Below, one piece after another: positions 10,874-22,095 of a stretch of DNA of 64,000 nt; positions within the stretch are counted from its first letter, which is position 1; each line of letters opens with the position of its first letter. Where the stretch lies: assembly GCA_002633005.1 (NCBI GenBank), contig NMRA01000363.1:308935-372934 (forward strand), given 5' to 3'. The translations under genes were made by a program, and so were the position numbers. The notes under the pieces were generated by a model that saw nothing but the letters and a program-made list of their open reading frames with translations, did no database searches and was not told the origin of the DNA. The DNA is from Phoronis australis. Lineage: Eukaryota; Animalia; Phoronida.

Positions 10874-13800
10874 CAACTGTACAATGGCAGCACTGCTGCA
10901 GAGTTGACCAAAAGGATTAAATCTTGCCAAATATTTGTCATGTATGTCGAACACGTCGTCAAATGCTGTTAAATATGAATGAGATTCTCCAAATATATGA
11001 TAATTTTTTATCCAAAGATTTAGTTTGTGAGGAAGCTATATTATATTGAAATAAGGAAATTTATTTATTTATTTATTGCTGGGTGTTTTAAGTTGTGTGC
11101 TGTGTGCTTGTGTTGAGGGGGTAATTAGATAGTAAACTGAAGGTCTGCTTTCTAGTCAAAAGTCAGATGTAAAGCATTTTTAGAAGTCAATCAAGCAATT
11201 GATTTTACAGTGAGATTGTTTCTAAATATCACTTTGAGCACCCCTAAATTATGTAGAGGTAATTTCTCAGATGTTAGTGTTTTGGGATATTCTGCAAACA
11301 TATGACCATTTTGTTGTTTTTTTTTCACTAAAATGTTTATTCTTCGGTTCACATATTTGTTTGTAGCCTTTTCATATATGGACTGCATTGTTTTGTTTTC
11401 AAAGTGTTTTTTCTTTTTCAACATGTGCAATATTATTTATTAGTGCTCCTGTGAGTGCAATGTCTGCTACGTGCAGATGTTATGTTTGTCATAACATTCC
11501 ATGGTCCATGTCAGGTAATGGCAGTTTATTGTGGATTAACTGGATTTATGAATTGAATATTGAAGTGTTGTCAAGTTTATCTTTGCACGTTTTGCTGGTA
11601 TAAACTACCAACGTTTTTCATTTTTATTTCCTGTGCAATGACAAAGTGTACGAATTAGAGGGTGGAAACAACATGGCTGCCTCACTGGTAAACGTAGTTT
11701 CTCTCTTACCAACACAGATCTCAGGCGTCTGTGCAAAACTCAGTTCTCACACTTTGTGCACAGACTCACAAAACATGGTTTGTGACCCAAAAGACATGGT
11801 TCATCGACTCGCAAACTTGCGCTTGGTCTCGCCAAAGGTTTGCATAGTTGTCTATGCCACATGTTGGGTGGTCCATGAGTCGTGTTTGTGAATCCAGACC
11901 TGTGCTTTTGGGTGAGGTGATTGTGTTTTGTGGATTTGGCACCATGTTTGGTACTCGGTGTGTCGTGTTTGTGAATTGGTGTGCTGAGTTTACTGAACAA
12001 GTAAGCTGTGTTTCTAAGTGAGGAACTGTGTTCATGGGTATGACAACCTTGTTGAATCCACCCCTTGAAAGTGTGTATCTTAAGGTATATTTTGCAAAAT
12101 GCAGTGCATGCTTGGATAGATCTGGGAAGCATTACTTTAACTAAGTGACTTGCATTTATTTTGTTGTTTCTTTGTTGATCTATGAGAGGTATTTGACAAC
12201 ATAGATCGCGACACGATAGCTGTCCAACATGCTTTAGGGTCGTTTTCAAGTAGATCTGTGAGACGTATTCAAGGACATAGGAATGATAAGACATTTGTCC
12301 CGATTGCATGGTATGGTGATGTGTGCTGATCGAGTGTTTTTATACTGTTTTATTACATTTTAGTAAACAAGGAGCATGTTTCCTACGATATTGATATGCA
12401 TTGTGTGAGACTGGTATTGGTTGAATATGAGGCTAACCCGTGTTCATACAATGTACAGATTTGCAGCTTTCATTCATAATTGTTTTTAAAACAAACAATA
12501 TCCATTTCATTGTGAATAGCATGAGTTGAGTTGAATTAATTTGCATACATTTAAGTCAGTGGGCATAGTTTGTATGTGCGTAGAAGAAACATTAAAGGTG
12601 GAATGGAGAAACAGATCAGTAGCAGAACTTGTGGACTTAAGCTGGATTAATGGACTCTGGTGGAAATTATGGACTCTGAGAACTTATAGTCTGTTGGGAC
12701 TTCAGGACTGTGGTGGGACTTATGGCTCAAGACTGGTGGGATTTAGAGACTAGGGGTGGAGTTGTGAACACTGACAGGACTAAATGTAGTGTGTTGTGAC
12801 TTGGGATTGTGGTTGGACCAATGAATTCTTGCTGTTATGTCTAATATGGAGTGTGATAGCATCAACTTATGAACTGTGATGAGGTTTATGGACTTTTGCG
12901 GGACTATGGTACTACTTTAGGGAATACTGTGACTCATACCTCATTGGTTAGTTTTTATGTATCTTCCTACTGGTCTGTTTGTCCACTCTTTGACAATGTT
13001 TGCCATTGACCTATTTATGGTGAGAGATTTGCGAGGTATCTGCAATGGGATGTCAGTCAACCAGGCAAATTAAAAACAACCAATGAAGCCACAGCACAAA
13101 CCATTACATTTACTAACAAAATGAGGAACATGTATGTTCTACAATTCTCTAACCATAAAAAGGTCATGTGACTCGGATCAGCAATGCTACATTTAATTCT
13201 ACGAATGATTCCTCTGTCATGTTTCTGTAAATAATTCATGTTTTGTTCGATGCTATTTGTTGAATTTTGTATACATGTGAAATTTAATGTTTAAATGTTT
13301 CACTGCCTTTTGTATATTACAGTTTTTACCTATTTAAAAATTGAAATTTTCCAGGTAGCATGGTATATTTATTGTTGACATGAAGTTTTCAAATTTTATT
13401 GTTTTTTTGTTCTGTTCACGTGTTGTGTCTAAATTAATTTGTTGTGGGTTTTGTGTTGTTTTTATTTTGAGGGGTTAAGGTGTGAAGAAAAGTATTGACT
13501 CAGTTTCATGTAGAATTTCATATTTGTAGTTGTATTACCATTATTGTACTTGACAATGGTGTCAGTGTGAGTCAAAGGACGGAAGTTATAGATAAGTATT
13601 CCTTAAAAAATTGTTGGACCTAAGTGCTCTATTTGGATGACAGTCATCTCATAAGAATGTCAACTGCCAGTATTCCTTGTTTAATTTTGATAAAGACTTC
13701 TCGATGTTGACATCAGGTGTTTCCCAAGTTCTGTAACTGACTATTTGTCATTCAGTTTAATTTTTGAGATTATGGAGTTTGTGAGGTTTCCTAGTCCGGG

Positions 13801-13990
13801 GTTTCTGACTTTCAACGAATAACTCCAGGTCAATTTACTGTATTCATTTGATGGAATTTGCAACTTCTGATAGCGTTGTTTTGTCTACTTGTTTGCTGTG
13901 TTCTTTATTTGGGTAACTGATAAATACAATTTGGCCATTGAGCTCTTTTGACAAAATTGGTATTTGTAAATTTCACCGTGTCATTGATTT
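10874..13990 (+). other. Probable long 3' UTR of the RasGRF-like gene (end approximate)
   Basis: T/GT-rich non-coding sequence continuing from the stop codon; no clear AATAAA, only a variant GATAAA/AATACA near 13920. Confidence 0.5.
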
Positions 13991-14152
13991 AGTTTGTATA
14001 CAGTACAAGCCAAAAGTAGACAGGCTGGGCGGAAGCACAATTCATCGTTAGAAAACTCTTCCCTTACGACCGAGAATAAAAGAGGAATCAGTAGCGAAGT
14101 TATGAAGGTGCCATTATGTCATTATTCCTGGCCACCCTTATTACCAGTCATC

Positions 14153-15790
14153 TTTATGCCCCCTCATATTTATGTTTGGATACATGATCATCCACGTTCC
14201 TCAGGCATCCACTGCTCTAACTCCAAGACTCTTTGATGTATGTTCATGAAGTTTGTGTTCCTTTTATGAATGGTACGGCATGAATGAACTTTCAGACGGA
14301 TTCGACAACTGGTGTGCCCCCCTTGTGGCAATTATATTTTTTACGTCGAGTCTGTATTTTCAAGTCGTCGTCGATTTTCATAAAATTTGACATATAGGCA
14401 TTTGTTAGTGGGACGACACTATTGGATAAATTTGAGGTATTTTTTGCCACCTAGTGGCCATTTTTACTGTTTTCGAGTCTGTTTTTTGGCGTCTGCCCCT
14501 CTATCAATCAAACCACTCTAAGGATGATTGTGGAAATTTGCATGTATGTTCTTGTTATGAAGAGGACGGCTGGCGATTTTCCAACTTCACCGACTGTGGC
14601 TCCTCCTAGTGACAGTTTTGTTCTGCGCCCATGGCTGTATCTCGTAAACTCTGCAGGATTTTTACTAAATTTAGCAAGTTAGTGTATTGATATGAGGTTG
14701 ACAACGAACAACTTTCCAACGGATCTGACTGTGTGCTCCCTAGTGGAAAATTTTAGTTTTTTTTATGTTAACCTCTGATCTACAAAGGTCCTCAATGGAT
14801 TTTTATAAAATTTGGAATATAGGCATCTATTTGTGAAGCGACGCTATCCTCCCATTTTGGGATGGATTGAAAGTATTTTGCACCACCTAGTGACTATTTT
14901 TGCTGTTTTCAAGTCTTTTTGGTGTCTGCCCCTTTGTCAACGAAACTTGGAAATTGGCATGCATGTTCCTAATATGAAAAGGACGGCTATGATTTTCCGA
15001 CTTCTACTGCTGTTGCACCTCCTGGTGGCAGTTTTCCCATACAAAAAAAGAAAGTGAGAATCTCACTGGATTCCAGTTAGATTCCAGTTAGATTCTCACT
15101 AAATCACCAATTATAGTTAGAAATGCCAGTGAGAACCCAGTGGGAATTGAACAACAGGGGCAGTCAGTGAGAATGAGTGAGAAAATGTTATGTAACAGTG
15201 AGAATCCAGTGAGAATTTTGGTCTTAGAAAAATTCTGAGTGAGAATCAGTGAGAATTTCAGACTTAGGAAAAATCTGAGTGAGAATTGAGTGAGAATTTG
15301 GACTTGCCAAAATTGGAGTGAGAATTCAGTGAGAATCTNTGGTGGCAGTTTTGTCCTCTTTATTAACCATTCTAATTATTTTAAAAATTGGCGTACCGTA
15401 TTTGTTCTCAGTGTGAAGAGGATGGTTGACGTTGACTACTGTGGCTCCTCCTGATGGCAGTTTTGTTTTGTTCCCATAGCTGTATCTCCTAAACCCATTG
15501 CAGAATCTTTATTAAATTAAGTAAATGCATTTATACGAAGTTAATAACAGACGACTTTTAGACAGATGCGACGAATGCTGTACCCCCAAGTGGCAATTTC
15601 ATCTTTTCCATTGCCCTGTGTTTCTTAGAAGTTCCTTGACATGATGGACGTGTCCCGATTTCGGATGGATTCGATGTACTTTGCGCCATCTAGTGGTCAT
15701 TTTTATGAAACAAATAAACAACCTTAGAAGCACACCATTGGTGCATTCATGGGCGCATCTCTATACTCCGTGTTGCTCTTGTTGCTGTTA
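14153..15790. repeat. Degenerate tandem array (about 140-bp subunits, about 430-bp period), probably a Helentron-associated/DINE-1-like element
   Basis: Repeating blocks such as tttttggcgtctgcccct...ggaaatt(t/g)gcatg...atgaa(g/a)aggacggct and a recurrent (C)CC(T/A)(A/G/T)GTGG core; begins TTTATGCCCCC. Family assignment is inference. Confidence 0.55.
15036..15338. mobile_element. One end of a CCC-initiated (CACTA/EnSpm-like) element with GTGAGAAT subterminal repeats, cut by an assembly gap (N at 15339)
   Basis: CCCATAC start followed by more than 10 GTGAGAA(T) repeats; N at 15339. Confidence 0.5.
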
Positions 15791-15986
15791 AGAGAAATGG
15801 CTCTCATGACGGGATGATATTTCTCCATTTACTTTGTATCGTATAACATGTCATGTAACAAGCTTGGCTTTGTTCGTATTTTAAAGCTGACTATTTTGGA
15901 GTCACCGAATCAACACTCAATACAGCTTCACAAAATTCTGTATGTGCGAATAATGTACAACAAAATGTAACAAAAACAACATGAAA

Positions 15987-15992
15987 TTTATT
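15987..15992 (-). terminator. Putative polyadenylation signal of the DAZAP1-like gene
   Basis: AATAAA on the minus strand followed by a GT/T-rich tract (gttgtttttgttacattttgttg), about 1.5 kb past the stop. Confidence 0.55.
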
Positions 15993-17493
15993 CATAATTC
16001 AAGGTTAGTAATCATTATAAATTACCACAAACCAGTCATTTGCCACAACTCGGGATCAGCTTTGTTGATGGACCACCCAATTTGAGGAACAACAAACTGC
16101 TGACACTTTGAAATCCTTGCCCACTTTGTAAACCAGCCATGATAATTCAAAAGTTGACAACTGTGATTTCAAAGTGTTGAAACGAACACAAATTCTACAC
16201 TCTTGAACACAATTCCTCACTTATGAACACAGCTTACAGATTAGTAAATTCAATTTGTCAACTCACAAACGGCGCACCAATCACCAGACATGGCCTTGGA
16301 TTAACAAAATGCAGTTAATGCCGGCGAGGCATGCTAAGAAGTGATTAGTAGGGAGTGCAAGTGTTCTGTCATCCTTGACTTCACAATGCAGCCATAGATT
16401 ATACTAAAGTGTGAAGTTAAGCGAATTTATGAGAAACTTAGATATATCCGGCAACTCGTATGCGCTTAACTCACCACTCATTTGTCAGGTGGTCCGAACT
16501 AACTCCAACTTTGTAAAAAATGCTGGTTCACTTATCATTGACACTGATTGCTTGTCAATCAAAAACACAATTACACCTTTCACTCGAGGTGGCTTGTTAA
16601 ATATAAATCAATATCAAAAACGGCATAACAATAAAATCAACAAAGAACCCACAACTGTAATGCCTTAAACTAGCAACATTGTGTAATGACAATTTGTTCA
16701 GAGGTTGTTCACAACAGTCAAAATATTTTAAAGTATATTAATGTGAACAGAAAAGTCAAAAATATGGCAATGCAAGAGACAATCCTCGTAAAAATAAAAG
16801 CATAACAAAAATAAAGTCGAACCATTGCAACGAAACAACACTGTTATCACCACCAAACAACCCAGCCTGTTAATTTCCAAATTGTGTGAGCAGAATTTTC
16901 AAGATCGAAATAGATGAACGGCAAACAGACAAGTTTTAAATATAAAACTAAGACTAAAAAGATTACTTAAAACATAACAATAGTCATATGATATACCGGT
17001 TATGGTGAGTTTTACAAAAAATGAATTCGGCACCAATGTCAGTTAAAATGTCTGATAAATAACACCACCCTGAGCAATCGGACAAAGAAACGAAATAAGC
17101 TGATTCTCTCCTCAGGCTCATTGCCCATAGCATGTGACCTCTTTTGACAGAGTCAGAAAACTGTTATAACAGCACACTGTATTAAAGATATACAATTCTT
17201 TGAATAATTCCTTTGAGACTTAACTTATCCATTTGTAATCATCGATTCATGGTAAAATGAAACCTTTTTAAGAAATACCAGAATAATTAATGACTGGGTG
17301 ATAATGATCGCAAGAAATGAAAAATACTGTAATCATACACCTTGCATGAAGATCTCTTGAGGAAACACACTACAAGAGGGCAACGAATCCCCAAGCTAGA
17401 ACATGGGGAGAATCGTGCTCATTGCTAAATGGAATTTCCCTAAACAAATGGGTTTCCCCTTCCACACTCGAGCAATATTTAAAAAAAGTTCAT

Positions 17494-17624
17494 TCAGAAA
17501 TGTATATTTCCAAGTCGAGGCGTTGTGGGTGGCGACAAGTAGGGTGTGAAACATGGCCGAGGAGATGGTGGACTCATGCACGGTGACATGGGGATAGGGG
17601 GCGGAGTCTCGCAGGTGCAGTAGC
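17494..17624 (-). CDS. DAZAP1: DAZAP1/Hrp48-like RNA-binding protein, last coding exon (Pro-rich tail)
   Basis: tgtcatag| acceptor with pyrimidine tract; phase 1 gives YCTCETPPPIPMSPCMSPPSPRPCFTPYLSPPTTPRLGNIHF*. Confidence 0.7.
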
Positions 17625-18093
17625 CTATGACAGAAACAAAACAAAGTGAAGCTGAAATGCACAAACTTTAATGCAGATTATTAATTTTCTAACAAGAAAT
17701 AGAAAAAAACATAGTTGCTATACTGCGAGCTTTCCAGGATACATTTTTCATTCTCCACAAATTGTCTGAGGGCACGTCGTAAACTTACTGTATTTTTTGC
17801 AACTATTCATATATTGCACGAAGCATTATGGCTGGCGAGAACTCCTGACAAGAGTTGCAAAGTGACGGTTTTTTACTCCCCTCCCCAAGTTCCCAAGGAG
17901 TAGTCTGAATGATTTTTTACTCTGTTGAGTTGGCTATGCATGCTTAGAAATTCCTTTGTCCTTAACTGACTTCCATGATGAGTAAGTATAAATATCACAA
18001 AAAGCGTAGCTTTTCAAAGGCTGACATGACTGTGGGCAATTGAATAGGCTCACTCAGTACACATGGACTCTACTGAAAGTGACCTATACTTAC

Positions 18094-18195
18094 GGAACTG
18101 CATGCTGGGATATTGTACAGGAGAAGAAGGCAGCGTGGCAAAATTTGGTGTTGCTATGGACGGCGGTGACGATGGCACATACTGCTGTTCAGTGG
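18094..18195 (-). CDS. DAZAP1: DAZAP1-like exon 8 (Pro/Ser-rich, symmetric phase 1-1)
   Basis: ttgcag|CC...TTCC|gtaagt; ATEQQYVPSSPPSIATPNFATLPSSPVQYPSMQF; alternative acceptors lie upstream. Confidence 0.7.
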
Positions 18196-19051
18196 CTGCA
18201 ATATCAACAGTGATGGATAGACAAACTATAACACTAGAAAGTGGAGGGGAAACGAAACAAAAGAAAGAAAGCATTATATATGATTGCAATGAAGTACATG
18301 ACATTCTATTACGGCGTTCTTCCGTTCAGTGACTTTACCAGACACAGAGCGGTTAAGAGCATGCGATAACAAAGTAGCTCCTTTTTTACCTGCCAAGAAC
18401 AGTCTTTTGCCTGGTATGACAACATGCAGGCAAATTATATACCAGGCTTATTACCAACCACATGTGAACACATTCAAACCCTGTGCGTTGGTACGTTAGA
18501 ACAGAATTGTCAACTTCAGTTGAAGTTGAGCGATTTTGGTGATCAAAAAACTAAGCATCATCAGCATTTGACGAGGAATTCATTTATATTATTGCTTTAT
18601 GCTCAAGCATTTTTAACAACACAGCCCAGTCAGGTGTAGATACAATCTTATCCCAGGTCAGAGCAATTATCGAAGAAAAGAGAGCTGACACTTCAACCAT
18701 AAGTGCTGGAATGAACTTAATCTGTTGTGTTAGATTGGCTACAGCAGTCATCCAGAAAACTTAATTGTTGTGTTATACAACCGAACAAATTGGACTCAAC
18801 TGGAGAACGCTATAATGACCATGAAGCAGCCCCTCTAACTGATCGCCATGAATTGACTGTTAAAGAAACTAACATAATTCAACCAAATACTACAGGCTAT
18901 CGTGCGTCTCACACAGATGAAGAATGGTCTATGCATGGGCAAAGGGAGTCCTTATACCTGATCAAATCACTAATTGATTTTGATCGATACAATTGGCCCC
19001 CTTGGAATACATGACATTCGAATCTCGCAATATATCCATCAAGGCATTTGT

Positions 19052-19281
19052 TGATAACTCAATATTGGAATGTGTTTATATCCTGTCGTTACATAATATT
19101 CTATCCTGTTGTTGTTTATGGTTTAGTGGTTCCTGTTTTGTAGTCAGTAATGTATTAGTCATATATTCCTAGAACCTAATGACTTCCTGTACATTTCTGT
19201 ATTCTATTATTTGTTGATATCAATACACTTTTAGTTCGACAGCCAACTGGGCACAATCTTTGTTTTACTCACGACTTTTCA
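19052..19281 (+). repeat. 5' LTR
   Basis: 230 bp; differs from the 3' LTR by 4 substitutions and 2 small indels in a hand alignment. Confidence 0.95.
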
Positions 19282-19302
19282 TGGTAGCAGATCAAGGTTG
19301 AA

Positions 19303-22095
19303 ATGTCTTCAACTGTTAGCTACAAGAACCCACCTAGGTTTGGGGAAAACTATCAGGAGTGGAAGCAAGAGATAGAACTGTGGAAGAGGGTAACTGATTT
19401 ACCTTGTGAAAAACAGGGCCTAGCGGTGAGTTTAACTCTCACAGGGAGAGCGCGGGAAACTGCACTGCAACTGGAGGCCAAGGACCTAGAGAAAAAAGAC
19501 GGTCTAATAACACTAGTGGGAGAACTAGACAAGATCTATCTTAAGGAGAGCAAGGACTATGCTTATGAAGCATACAAAAATTTTGACACCTTTATGCGTA
19601 AGGACGGTCAGCCAATTAGTGATTTTATTTGTGACTTTGACGGCTTAAATAAGAAGTGTCACAAATATGACATGTTTTTGCCGGATGCTGTTCTAGCATT
19701 CAAGCTTCTGGATGGGGCAAATCTCAGCAAAACAGAGAAACAAATGACACTGACGGCGTGTACGGACTTAACTTATGAAAGTATGAAATCGGCACTTCGG
19801 CGAATTTTCGGAACGTATGATATTAAAAGTGAGGCGTCGGAGGGCGTTGCGATAAAAGATGAAGTCCTCTATGGGAAGTGGAGGAGAGCTCCACAGACAG
19901 CCAAAACCGATATGACACAGAGGGGAACGAACCCATTAAACAAATATGGCAGAAGAACATCCTGCAGGATCTGCAATTCTGTGTTTCATTGGGCTAAAGA
20001 CTGCCCAGAGAAGAAACAAAATCATGTTGACTGGTCACTGGACAATGACACTGTTTTGCTGACAGAAACCAAGAACTATGCTATTCTTGACACGGGGTGT
20101 TCAAGAACAGTATGTGGGCAAAACTGGCTGGACACTTATCTCGAGAGCCAGCCTGAAGTTGAAGTCAAGACCGTTCCCAGTCAAAGATCATTCAAATTTG
20201 GCTTTGGGAAGAATATCGTGTCAACCAAGACAGTAACATTGCCAGCGCAGATTGGGGACACTGTATGCCAAATTAAAGTCGAGGTAGTTCCCGTTGACGT
20301 TCCTCTACTGCTGAGCAATGAAAGTCTAAAGAGGGCAGACACAAAAATTGACCTAAAGGAGAGCCGAGTGTCAATGTTTGGTCAAGATGTACCTATTAAA
20401 CACACATCATGTGGACATATGTGTGTAGATATCAGCAGTGTACCACAGAAAGAAGAGACTGCAGAGGGTGAGCTTTTCTTCTTAGATGATAAGAATTTGA
20501 GTGTTAGTCAGAAGTCAAAAATGCTTATGAAATTACACTGTCAATTTGGCCATGCTACTTGTGATAGAATTAAGCAATTGCTGAAGTGTGCAGGCGTCAA
20601 TGATGAGAATGTGTTTACATTGTTGAAAGACATAATCAAGAAATGTGATACATGTCTAAAATTCAAGAAGCCAAGTCCTAGACCAGCTGTTGGCTTGCCA
20701 CTTGCAAGTGATTTTAATCAGACTGTGGCAGTCGATTTGCACCAGTTGGGTCCAAATATATGGTATTTACACATCATTGACGAATTCACACGCTTTAGTT
20801 CTGGCTGTATAATGCATTGTAAGAAAGCGAATGTATTTGTTGAAAATTTCATTAAGCATTGGATCAGTATTTTTGGGGCACCTCAACGATTGTTCAGTGA
20901 TAATGGGGGAGAATTCAATAACGATGAAGTTAGGGACATGGCAGAGAATTTCAACATAGAGGTACTGACCACCCCGGCATATTCCCCCTGGTCTAATGGT
21001 ACTCTAGAAAGAAACAACATGACGTTGACTGATATTCTGGAAAAATTGAAATCAAGTCATAATCTTGATTGGGAAACAGCATTGGCATGGGCCTTAATGG
21101 CTAAAAATTCATTGCACAATACATATGGTTTCAGTCCATATCAGCTGGTTTTCGGCAGAAATCCAAATTTGCCATCAGTTTTAACAGATAAACCCCCTGC
21201 ATTGGAGGGCACAACCATGAGTGAAAAAGTTGGTAATCACATCAACGCGATGTATGCAGCAAGAGCTGCTTTTGCTAAGGCTGAAAGTTCAGAAAAGATT
21301 AGAAGAGCATTAAGGAAACAAACACGATCAGTTACTAATTCTTGTGATACTGGGGATAAAGTATACTACAAAAGACCTGGTTTTTCCGAATGGAAGGGTC
21401 CTGGCGTTGTTATTGGAAGAGATGGATCTACTATTATTGTCAAACATGGCGGTTCTATTGTGAGAGTTCATGAAATCAGATTACAAAAAGCTATCCCTGA
21501 AGTTTCGGCTAATGAGGGTCATGGGAGTAAAAATGACCAGATTTCAGAAACATCCACCAGAGAATGTTTGGCAAATAAATATGAGGATGATGACGATGAT
21601 GAAATACCTGTTAGCAGCTTGCCTGAAGGAGAGGCAGGAAATAATCCTGAGTCAGCCAGAACACATGAGACAGACTCTGATGACTCAAGTTCTGAGAATC
21701 AAATGAGCACTGATGGGGTTGACACTGCACCAAATGTCCCTTATCAGTCATTAAAATCTGGACAAATTATTACTTACAGGCACAGTGATGACAACTCTGT
21801 AATACGAGCTGTAGTCATGGGGAGAGCTACTAAGGCTTCTGGCAAAAACAACAGCTGGTATAATTTAAACATTACAAGTCCTGATGAGTTAGAGGGCGCA
21901 ACATTGTCTGTTGACCTCAAAAGTGTGAATGACCTGAAGATAGTTGACAATGACATAATTGATACTACAGAAAGTGTTTTGATTACTGATGATGTTCAAT
22001 TAAAGGATGCAAAATTGGCTGAACTGGAAAGTTGGAAACAAAACAATGTTTATAGTGAAGTGCCAAATGAAGGTCAGAAATGTATCTCCGCTTAG
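19303..22095 (+). CDS. Copia gag-protease-integrase polyprotein (N-terminal part, ends prematurely)
   Basis: CCHC knuckle CRICNSVFHWAKDC; protease AILDTGCS; integrase H..FGH...C..C and D(VAVDLH), D(SDNGGEF), E(NGTLER). Confidence 0.9.
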   Translation: MSSTVSYKNPPRFGENYQEWKQEIELWKRVTDLPCEKQGLAVSLTLTGRARETALQLEAKDLEKKDGLITLVGELDKIYLKESKDYAYEAYKNFDTFMRKDGQPISDFICDFDGLNKKCHKYDMFLPDAVLAFKLLDGANLSKTEKQMTLTACTDLTYESMKSALRRIFGTYDIKSEASEGVAIKDEVLYGKWRRAPQTAKTDMTQRGTNPLNKYGRRTSCRICNSVFHWAKDCPEKKQNHVDWSLDNDTVLLTETKNYAILDTGCSRTVCGQNWLDTYLESQPEVEVKTVPSQRSFKFGFGKNIVSTKTVTLPAQIGDTVCQIKVEVVPVDVPLLLSNESLKRADTKIDLKESRVSMFGQDVPIKHTSCGHMCVDISSVPQKEETAEGELFFLDDKNLSVSQKSKMLMKLHCQFGHATCDRIKQLLKCAGVNDENVFTLLKDIIKKCDTCLKFKKPSPRPAVGLPLASDFNQTVAVDLHQLGPNIWYLHIIDEFTRFSSGCIMHCKKANVFVENFIKHWISIFGAPQRLFSDNGGEFNNDEVRDMAENFNIEVLTTPAYSPWSNGTLERNNMTLTDILEKLKSSHNLDWETALAWALMAKNSLHNTYGFSPYQLVFGRNPNLPSVLTDKPPALEGTTMSEKVGNHINAMYAARAAFAKAESSEKIRRALRKQTRSVTNSCDTGDKVYYKRPGFSEWKGPGVVIGRDGSTIIVKHGGSIVRVHEIRLQKAIPEVSANEGHGSKNDQISETSTRECLANKYEDDDDDEIPVSSLPEGEAGNNPESARTHETDSDDSSSENQMSTDGVDTAPNVPYQSLKSGQIITYRHSDDNSVIRAVVMGRATKASGKNNSWYNLNITSPDELEGATLSVDLKSVNDLKIVDNDIIDTTESVLITDDVQLKDAKLAELESWKQNNVYSEVPNEGQKCISA

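Noticed and set aside
11740-12309. 189-aa minus-strand ORF
   Set aside because: Antisense to the GT-rich RasGRF 3' UTR, overlaps a repeat remnant and shows no recognisable motif.
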